From Podarcis bocagei (taxonomy: Eukaryota), in NCBI GenBank assembly GCA_964188305.1, contig OZ076885.1: a stretch of 64,000 nt of DNA. The stretch is one strand, 5' to 3'. Position numbers and translations under genes: made by a program. Each line of letters begins with the position of its first letter. Position 1 is the first letter of the stretch. The notes beneath the pieces are model-generated. The model saw only the letters and a program-made list of their open reading frames with translations. It did no database searches and was not told the origin of the DNA. Below, in pieces: positions 50,460-64,000 of the stretch.

Positions 50460-53093
50460 CCATCTCCTGGAAATTAAGGATAAGTGTGGGTTTCAGGTGT
50501 GCTGCTTTGATGTGTGAATACTATAATATGTTCAATTTTTAAAAATACAGTATGATAAAGTTGTATATCTATCACTTGCCTTTCCTAGCTAAACTAGAGA
50601 AAATGTGTAAGATTTGTGATAGGATCTCACAACATTTTTCTAGAGCTTAGAAGTAGCCAGTTTCAACACTGCTCTTCACCCCTAGCTAAAGGGAGAATGT
50701 CCTAGCTAATATGACCCACACATACACGGTACCAGCACTGCCCCCTTCTAATATGTTCCATTTTCTAGAGCCAACACAGCAACAGTAATTTATACCAAAT
50801 GGGAAGAGAATTGGACATACCGGCCTGTTATACTCCAAACATGGACAAGTCATTGTGCAGCCATCCAAAATAATCCTGCCCTTTGGAGAAGGCTCTTTCT
50901 TTCCTCCCACAACTTTATAATATAGCAGTCTGTCCTGGAGAAGAACAAACCACCTTGCTTTCCAGTTGTGGACAACATGTCCCTGCAAACAAAAAGTGTC
51001 AGTCTTAGGTGCAGCTTATAAACAACATTTATTACCTGCTTTGGTGTTGCATACTCATGAACTTCTTACTCACTGCACTCAGTTGATAATTTATATAGCC
51101 TCTAATGTGCTCTCATCTGGTAGGACTTTAAACCGAGTTCTTACCTTCTTTCCACAAATCCAAGGTTTCCCCAGATGTATTTTAGTGATTCCACAAGCGA
51201 GCTTTTTGCAACGATAGCACATTTTCCCAGGCAGTCATTATAGGTATATGATCACAATAACCTGGTGCCAGTACTGAGTACCCTAGTATCCCCGGGGAAA
51301 AGCACTAACTACTATTATACAATGGGAAAGATGCTGATTCACCCCAACTAATGAAATAGATTTGTCTCACTCAGATCCAAATTCAGTTTTACAGTCACTA
51401 GACATGAGTGGTTCTCAAAAGGTCCTACTCTACCATACAGCAAGGTAGGGCAGTAGATTTTTATTTATTTTTTGCAATAGTTTTTTTTTGGGGGGGGGAA
51501 TCCAATACTTTTTGAAGTGGTGGGCCCTAGCATGGGGGAGGCATCATTTGGTACTCTGCCTCAGGCAGTGACATGTTTTTGGTGTTCCTCACCTTTAATT
51601 TTTACAACAGAGAGGATTCAAACCATACATAGCATGGTGGGGTTCTAGCTTTAAAAACCCTGATTTCAGAAAATGCTCTCAAGTCCCATACAGCAGTTCT
51701 GATCTGTTTTTAGTTTACCCAACATATTGCTATCTCAACAACATGACGGGACATTTCACTGTTGGAGGCAGTTTGCCTCTGAATATCAGGTGTTGGAAGC
51801 ACAATGGACAGAGATGTCCCACTTGCAGGTTTCCCATAGACATCGTCTGGCCACTGTGAAAGCAAGATGTTGGACTAGCTGGGCCTTTGGCCTGATCCAG
51901 AAGTTCTTTGCTTATCTTCTTCACTCTACCCCCAAGCAGACGGCTCTGTCAGCCAACTGCAGTACTACCTAGTCTCTGTTCCATTTTTCCTGTTTTCCCT
52001 TAGTGGGGCTAATGGAAACCTCTGGGGGCAACTTAGATCAGGGAAAGAGCATGGTGGGGAGGAGAAAGAATAAATGCCCAATCAAATTAGGAACTCTGTG
52101 GCTTCTCTGAAGTAGAGAAAATAAATTCATTCATTAATCTCCTGCATCATGTGCAGTTTGGCCCTTAGACATGAGCATAGGGAAAGCACATTGGACTGGA
52201 TAAATTGTTAGAAATCAGGGCCCTTCTGAAGATCTGATAAAGACAATGACAGATTAAGAGAGGTGGTATATTTCAGATATTGCAAAAGGATAATTTGAAT
52301 AACTTGGGCTACATTTTGAACCTGGAGCCCTCCTACCATAAATTGAGTGTGCACAATAAAAGGCAAAAGATCAAGATGAGCAGACAGGTAGAGCAAGAAG
52401 AACTAGATTGTTGCTCTGACCTGTTGCACCCTAGGTCAGAAGGGCAGGATATAGGGAGAGCTGCTTGAAAAGAAGACAAGAATAAAAGATGACAGCAGCG
52501 GTGGATCTTGAGGAGATCTGCATGCATGCAAGACAGGACCTGACAGTGAATAAGGTGCTGCAGGTCAGAGCAAGAGAGGAATGTTAGCAGAATGTTAGCA
52601 CAGCACTCTAGAGCAGTATCTAAACCTTATACATCCTTTGCCTAGCTATGGGAGACATTCATGTTGGAAAAGTAATAATCTGGCAAAATGTATTTACTTC
52701 TGACATTTATAGCTCACTCTCTTTCCCAAACGAGGGCAAACATATTTTTAAAGAGGAGGTTGCAAGTCTGAAATCACCTAGAGATAAAACTGTGGCTGCA
52801 CATTACAACCGTGGCTGTGTGTGTGCTCTCCCATTCATTCACTCTGCCTCCGGGACTCTCACACCACTGATTTGGGAAGCAGTGTACACATGCCATTAGC
52901 CACAATCCATATCTATCTTGTCGTTCCTTATGAAATATTGCTTATTGATGTTTTCCCCCCAAAACCAGCAAGAGAAGCTGAGAAAAAGAACAAACTGGTT
53001 GTGTTTAAGCTGGTAATGTACACATCGCCTGTGACTGCAGCTTACCTTTTTAACAAGAAAGCCTTCCTTCAGAATTCCACCCCCTTCCTCCAT
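43767..53093 (-). CDS. PLEK2: Pleckstrin-2 (PH-DEP-PH), 9 coding exons, 354 aa
   Basis: Exons total 1065 nt in frame. ILKEGFLVKKGHVVHNWKARWF, DEP GSVLVDWLISNSF..FLDDSTALYTF, C-terminus ERASWIEAIKQLT*. Confidence 0.97.
44787..44865 (-). CDS. PLEK2: PLEK2 exon 8 (GC donor)
   Basis: EDNRPVGGFSLRGCLVSALEDNGVPT; donor CAG|GCAAGT. Confidence 0.92.
45772..45855 (-). CDS. PLEK2: PLEK2 exon 7
   Basis: GHKRKNWKVRRFVLRADPAFLHYYDPTK. Confidence 0.95.
47148..47249 (-). CDS. PLEK2: PLEK2 exon 6
   Basis: AENYKKRTTSKENIHLNIIELSGTILKQGFLIKQ. Confidence 0.94.
47923..48110 (-). CDS. PLEK2: PLEK2 exon 5
   Basis: SVLVDWLISNSFAASRLEAVTLAS..FLDDSTALYTF. Confidence 0.95.
48890..48981 (-). CDS. PLEK2: PLEK2 exon 4
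   Basis: HIVDKMHDSSSGIKLTPNTEQGSTYKESFT. Confidence 0.93.
50043..50224 (-). CDS. PLEK2: PLEK2 exon 3
   Basis: LVIKLKTKTNTEYFLDFCSREERDAW. Confidence 0.94.
50411..50459. repeat. (ATCT)n microsatellite
   Basis: Read directly. Confidence 0.95.
50821..50982 (-). CDS. PLEK2: PLEK2 exon 2
   Basis: GHVVHNWKARWFVL..CPCLEYNRP. Confidence 0.94.
53046..53093 (-). CDS. PLEK2: PLEK2 exon 1
   Basis: MEEGGGILKEGFLVKK|gtaag. Confidence 0.92.
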
Positions 53094-53099
53094 GCTGAT

Positions 53100-53290
53100 C
53101 CAGTAGGAGGTGAATGTGCCTTCCAAGACGTCTGCGGGCAACTGCAAGCCGATCCCTCTGCATGAGGAGTTTTAAAACAGTGACTGTTTTCTTAACCACC
53201 TCCTCCTCTGCTGTGACGTCTACACCCCTCCCTACCCAGGAGACAATAGGCAAATAGTGAGCTGGCACTGGGAGATCACCTGTCCTTAAG
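53100..53290 (-). promoter_or_regulatory. Putative PLEK2 proximal promoter / 5'UTR
   Basis: Lies immediately upstream of the ATG. CRE-like TGACGTC at about 53214-53220 and TTTTAAAA at about 53170-53177. Confidence 0.35.
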
Positions 53291-53569
53291 GGAATACAAA
53301 ACAGGGAAAGTTTAACAAGGTAATTGTACCATAGCAGTACTTCCCCTAGAACTGTGAATGGATCAAGCTCATTGAATGACTCAGAAGATATTAGTCAGCC
53401 ATCCGGATTATACAACACAGGAAGGAGACAGACCTTCTGTATATAGAAGCCAAGGACTGGAGGTTCCCATGTTTTGTTCACTGGGCATTTCCATTTTTAA
53501 TATATTGTTTATTGTTATCTCCGTGTACTACAACATACCAGGGACAAACACTGTGGCTACCACAGGACT

Positions 53570-53882
53570 TGGACTCGGTCCAGTATACCTGAACGAACGT
53601 CTCCACCCACATTGTTCAGCCACATTGTTCACTGAGGTCCAGCTCCAAGGGACTTCTGGCAGATCCCTCACTGTGAGGTTACAGGGAACGAGGCAGAGGG
53701 ACTTCTCAGTAGTGGCACCCAACCTGTGGAATGCTCTCCCATTGGATGTCAAGGAAATAAACAACTATCTGACTTTTACAAGACATCTGAAGGCAGCCCT
53801 ATTTAGGGAAGTTTTTAGTGTTTGATGTTTTATTGTGCTTTTAATATTCCTTCAGGAGCCCCCTAGAGTGGCTGGGAAAACC
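53570..53882 (+). mobile_element. Truncated copy of the same L2-like LINE running into the gap
   Basis: GPVYLNERLHPH..LQGTRQRDFSVVAPNLWNALP..RHLKAALFREVF. Confidence 0.87.
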
Positions 53883-54014
53883 NNNNNNNNNNNNNNNNNN
53901 NNNNNNNNNNNNNNNNNNNNNNNNNNNNNNNNNNNNNNNNNNNNNNNNNNNNNNNNNNNNNNNNNNNNNNNNNNNNNNNNNNNNNNNNNNNNNNNNNNNN
54001 NNNNNNNNNNNNNN
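53883..54014. other. Assembly gap (132 N)
   Basis: N run. Confidence 1.
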
Positions 54015-57000
54015 AAGGAGCAATGTAAGTGAACTGAACTCAAGAAAGGAAAAATGAAAAACCTGGGGAATCAAAATACAAATATTTCTCTATTCTATGA
54101 AAATATTTTCAATACCAATGAATTTACTATGCAGTGGCTGTGACCCTTACCCAGCACATGTGTGCACCAAATCAACATGAATGTTAGGGTTCTTAAGCTA
54201 CATTAGTCCCATCAAGTACACACAAACACATTCCAGTCTCCTACTAAGTCATAAACTCGTTTTTAAAACAACAACACTAAAAGAAAAAGCAGGTTTATAG
54301 TTTGACATAGGGTCAGCGCCCGTGATAAAAATGGCTGAAAATGCAAAAACACATTATTGTGCTTGCATAATCTCTTATACATACATTGGTCATTGTTTGG
54401 ATTTGTAGATAAGAGTAGAATCTAAAGCCTATAATGTGCATGGGTTTCTATGAAGGGAAGTTCTAGCATACAGAAATCACCTGAGGAGAAAGTACACAAA
54501 TGTTGTTATTGTTGGCATCTGTCCGTCTCAAGAGACAATGGAGTGTTTCTCCGGAGGCAAAGTCTGCATCAGCAGCGCCCTGGGGTGCAAGCCTGGGCAG
54601 TGTGCATGGAAGTCCAAGGATATATTGGAGCTGATGGCTCATGCTCCACAGTTCCAATCCAGTAGATCCAATGTACATACATGGGCTTCCGAAACGCACA
54701 GAGGGCTTCTGTTTGCACAGGGACTTTTCTCATAACCTCAAACCCAGGGACATTTCCAGGTTTACGGCACTGCTTCTGACATTGACATGAACAAGGAAGT
54801 CCTAAATTGTATAGAGCTCTGTATTTTTTGTTGTTTTGAATTTACTGACGTATTCTGTATTTTGTATATTTGTATATTAATTGTTCTCTATTTTAATGTT
54901 TGTTTGCTGTAAGCTGCTTTGGGCCCAGCTAGTTATGGGAAAACAGCACAAACAATCAGTCACTCAATATGTGCATTGGAGCCTTATGGATCCATAGAGA
55001 AGGGTGAAAGTCTTTAGAAAAGTGGCTAATGTGTGGGCCTCCAGATGTTGCTTTAAGTTAGTCTTCCTGCTTTAGAAACACCTTTAGCAACATTCTTCCG
55101 TGCTATTGTGAGGCTTACCAGTCTCCTAGTTCACTGTCTGGCAGAAAGCAGGCTTTGTTGGTCAAAACATATGACTTAAAGTAGGATGATAGAGATAAGA
55201 ATTCAGTAAGGGCAAAATTCATGCCATGCTTGTAATACTTCTGAAATACTTGCTGTTGTCCCACTTGAGATAACAATCTGAACTCTTAACAGCGTGAGTC
55301 ACAGGATAGGAAACATTAGTCACCACATCATCGTCCCACATAGTATCCAGGCTATGGGCACACAGAAGATTGTGGACTGGGTAGGAGACAAATAAGAAGG
55401 CATTTGTTTTTCCCTTTATAGAGCACTGATAGAATGATCTGGTATAAGAAGTCAACCCAACAACTTGCTTATTCTCTTGGCCAGGGGTGGCCAACTTCTG
55501 TATTCCTAGAGACACCTTTCAAACACTGACCTTAGGGCTGGAACGATCTGTATATTATTCCGGCCAGCTGCACTGGCTGCCTGTTCCCTTCCAGGCCCAC
55601 CTACCCACCATGTGAACCTGCCTGAGCCCTGGGTTCAGCTACAGCAGTCCTGCTTGTATGCTGGTAGTAGGGGTAGTTTTATTTATTTTTATTTCAAGCT
55701 CTTTTATAACTAAGATGATAGGCTGCTGATTTTGCTATTTTGGCAATTTTGTTATTATGCACAGGGAGAGAGGACAGGGAGAAGTTCCATTGCGCTAAAA
55801 GAATTACTTTGTGGATATCATCCTATGGTTTTCAATGCAAATGAGCAGTGTGCTGGCACATACTGAAATTGTGGCTGCTTTGCTTCTACGCTGCTGTTTC
55901 TTACATAGCCAGGAAACAAGTGATGGTCTAGCGTGTCATGCTGTCTGAAAACAGCCTTCTGGTATGTTTCTTTCTAAATAAGCCAATGACAAACCTTGGT
56001 TACCACTCATAATTTGTTTGGAAAGAAACAAACCACAGGGTTTGATGTAACAAGTTATAGTCTATGGCTTGTTTCCTGGTAGTGGTTGAAACAAAATGCC
56101 CACTACCTCAGCACCGGTATGCTCTTAATTCACATGAAACCGGTTTAACTATGGCTGTGATGTGCAGTCAAGTAAGTGGTTGTGGATTAGGGTTTGTATA
56201 GTTTAATCTTTCTTGAAATGAAATAGTTTTACTGCTCTATTTATATTTTGATTTTCTTGTTAATTTTAAAATGTTTTTATTGTGCATTGTGTATCACTTT
56301 GGGAAGATATTTGTAGCCAGATAGGTGACTAAGAAGTTTATCAAATAAAATAAATAAAGCAAACTCTAATGGATGATAAGGCTCTAGAAGTTATCACTGA
56401 GTGGCAAGGACTTAAAAAATGCAAATACTGTACTGGATAGTGGGAAGTCATAAGGGCGTGTGTATCAGGGGAAGGGGTAACTCAGAGATGAATGTGTTTC
56501 CTGAACGATTCCTCACAGATCCTTTCTAGTGTACTTCCGAAAAAGCAATTCAGCAAAATGTACATTCAACAAACGTGGAAAGCCAATATTACTTTTCCTA
56601 GAAGAGAAATGGGGTTCAAAATCTTTTACCACATGTTAAAGGCCACCAAAAACCAGATTTTTAAAAATAAAAAACCCCACTACTTTGGGTTTCTTTTCTA
56701 AAATCAAGCAGTATATAGTTTATGAAATAAAATAAATAAATAAGCTTGTATTCCCGCTCTCAATACAGCAAAACAATCATGGGGGGGGGGAAGGTTTGAA
56801 GTCCTGAAAGTTTTCTGTAAGGAACAAATCTTCACAATTAAAGGAAGTGACTAGATAGGTTTGTTTTGAATGCCAGGGACTCAGAAGGGGTGTTGTGGTG
56901 GTGCAAGGAGTCTTAACCCTCTTAAGGTTATGCCTAAGAGCTCTCAGACCTTCCTAGCTATAGGAGGCTATTATTACAGCCAAGGGACAATTGATAAGAG

Positions 57001-58870
57001 AGCGGGAAAATAACATTTAGAATCATTAATACAATTAAAGATTGATATATACTAATTATTTCTAGTCTCTGCTGTGTGATGGTTTTTAATGAGGTAGTTC
57101 TAGCTTTCATATTGTTTTGTGCTGCTTTCAGATCTTAGTATTGAATTTTACTGTACTATTGTGCTTTTTAATCTATTTATATTGACTTACTGTATGCCAC
57201 CTGGAGTTTCAAGTAACCAATATAAAACACACACATTACCATGCACATTATAGCATTCCACACACAAACAAGGTGGAGGCTGAATATTTGAGTGTAGGTA
57301 AGAGTTCAAAGCAGAGATCTGATTTTCAGCATTGCTTAACTTGTCATCACAAGCAGCTCCATATTTAGTAGTAAACATAACCTCATGTTATAGAAGACAG
57401 GTAGAAGCCTGTATGCGTGTAAGACTCAACACAGACAGTGATGTCAGGCTCATGAAAACAGACATAGCTGCAGGATCTAATCAGAACCAGGTGTTTGCTC
57501 TTTGTCCTGTAGAGTAGACCACCCACATCAAGAGAGGGAGAAGTGAGAAGACACCTGTCTGAGATTTCTGTCAGAACTTTTCTGAGGTCCTCAAGATTCC
57601 CTTTGGTGGGGAAAAGTTTGCAGCCGTATTTGTATTGTGTGCCATAGGCCTAAGCATTAAATTTATCAGCTACAGGTCTCCATCAACACTGGAATACAAC
57701 CATTTTCGTTTTCTACCCTAGGAGCAGAAAAGGCTATTTTCCCCAGTGACATTCCTCCCAGTTGGGATTACTGGGAAATACACAATTACACGTGAAGATT
57801 CTCAGGATTTCTCTGTTCCACCAAAGCTGCTGTGAAAATGAAACATGTGATTGTAATCTCTGTAGAATTTTTAGGTGCACTGCAGCATGTGTGCACTTCT
57901 CAATGCTTCCTAAATTGTTCCTAGAATATTGAATCTATAATACTGCTGAATCTGCATGTTCACTACCTACATTTCCCCTCTCATGAAATAAGGGAACCCC
58001 TACATGGCCTTATACCTTCACTTAAACATCAAATGATTAACTTAAACATCAAATGATTCCTACCACCTCATTCAAATTTTTTAAGTTAAGATACCTTCTT
58101 TCTGTAGCAACACTTAAACCCAACAGCCGTAAACAGAGTATCTGGATTTTCTGATGCACGACAATGAACACAGAAGCTTAGACGTGTAGAGTTGGGTCAC
58201 GTAGTTCAACCACCTGCAATGCAGGAATCACATCACTGATGTTTCTTGGGGCGGTTGTGAGCTAGCCCAAGACATTTTGTTGCATCAGGCAAAGGACAAA
58301 ATTGTGCCCTCTGCATCTCCCTTCCCCAATTCCACATTCAGAAGCTGACTGGACTGGCAGTTAAATTGACTTGATTTTCATCGCCTTTAGCAGCAAGACC
58401 TTTGCCCCATGTGCATTAAAAATCTCTTAAGAATGTGAAAAGAGGAAGAAGAAAAACCTAGATAAATATCCAAGAAATTTATTGAATATTTGCATGAGTA
58501 CAGTCTGCAGAGGAATACTGGTTTCATTTCCAGAAACCTCACTACCAGACATACTGAATGGTTGCCCATCTTGATTTTTTAGATATGAAGATAGTAAATA
58601 CAACCTTTAGACAATGCCTGGTTTATTGTGGGGAAGGGAATTACATCTTCAGAGAGAAGCATCTTCCCTTTGAGGAAGTTAAGCAGCACTTTTGAAGCAG
58701 ATAGCAGATGGTTTCTTGTCTCTTCAAAATTTGGTCTCATCAAAATTCGAAAATATTAAAGTCTTTTCTTGTGGAGTTTTCAATATCAAGACACCTTATC
58801 ACTCAAAGGTGTTGTCACTGGCTGGTGTTTGTTTGTATAACTGCAACCCTTTTCTTTAATCCCATGCAAT

Positions 58871-62925
<4,055 letters not shown>

Positions 62926-64000
62926 CTAGTAAAAAAACCAAAAATGTAAGCCTGCCAGCATTCCTTAAAATGCATTTTAACAGGAGAGAAAGGACCAACA
63001 CCAAGGCATTTCTCAACACTGATAATGGAAAGCAGGAGGGATTTGCGTGAACATGTTCTCCAGTCTTTCTCCTGCCTATGGTTAAGAAATAGGTACTGGC
63101 CTAAATCATTCCAGCTATCATTTGTTTGTAAACACAATTTATAGTACAATACTGTCCAAGCATTATTACAAAATGTAACTTTTTAATATAACTTTAAATA
63201 TTGTAAAAAAAAGTATGTCTACATTCTCAAGAGAATTTTTTTTATAAAAAACCCCCAAATTACTACTTTATAACAATTGTTTTGTCAATATAAATTTAAA
63301 CTGTTACATCCTTTGAAAATTGTATTTTATAATATTCTTAATAAGGGTATCACTGTGTACATGCACTTATTATTCTAGTACATTAGTCCATTTTTCAGTG
63401 AAACAACTATCTTGTAATCTTTGTTCTCTGACTCTAATGTAGTATACCGTAACTAGTTATATTTTATATTTAATTTATTATAGAAAAGTACTATGTTCTT
63501 TATTTCAGAGAATTACCGAACATATTAAATACATCTGAGCTATGCAGTGCTTTTTTTCTAAAATAACATTTAGGGGTACTCTCATTTTCCTACTCATATT
63601 GATGCCAAACTTAGATTCACAAAATGTCTAGGGGTATGTGTACCCTTGTGTGTCCCTCAGAAAAAAAGCACTGCAGCTATGTCAATTTCATCTTCAACAA
63701 TTGTTACTATGCCCTGCATACATTTTATTAAGGCTAACGGGGAGTTAGATACCATAAAAACAGAATTTTTACAAAAAACCTCATTGTACCATAACAGACA
63801 CTTTGAATTTTATACATGTTTCCAAATATAATTCCATACATATGATAACAGCTTGCTATCACTTATCTAAGCAGTTAAAATCTAACACAAACCTATTCCT
63901 AAGTAAACTACTTGCTATTTAAACATACTAATCTCATAGAAGCAGACCTTGTGCATCATTAGTCTTAACTTCATCTGCACATTCTGCTATGGCTGTTAAG

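Noticed and set aside
53050-53163. Out-of-frame uORF overlapping the PLEK2 start
   Set aside because: Weak Kozak context and probably upstream of the TSS; cannot be supported without 5'-end data
53835-54074. ORFs containing X runs
   Set aside because: Artefacts of the N gap
58021-58058. 18-bp tandem duplication CTTAAACATCAAATGATT (a similar 15-bp one at ~29937-29967)
   Set aside because: Ordinary slippage duplication with no functional evidence

Overview
Vertebrate nuclear DNA with introns. The repeats (Sauria SINE, L2/CR1 LINEs, reptile-type Penelope ends, hAT and Tc1/mariner MITEs) point to a squamate, probably a lacertid lizard (inference). Four genes were reconstructed exon by exon with consistent splice phases. 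(1) ZFYVE26/spastizin, minus strand, 34 coding exons from ATG 31948, running off the left edge. (2) An uncharacterised galectin-related (LGALSL-like) paralogue, plus strand, 4 coding exons, 144 aa, head-to-head with ZFYVE26. (3) Complete PLEK2, minus strand, 9 exons, 354 aa. (4) The last four exons of EIF2S1, minus strand. Highlights: the divergent galectin-like gene with a degenerate sugar-binding site; a TSD-flanked Penelope-like insertion carrying a minimal hammerhead ribozyme between the convergent galectin-like and PLEK2 3' ends; two GC-AG introns; exon junctions in ZFYVE26 that recreate splice donors; and a gene order that differs from human 14q as I recall it. Human protein comparisons are from memory, not from a search. 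One 132-N assembly gap.
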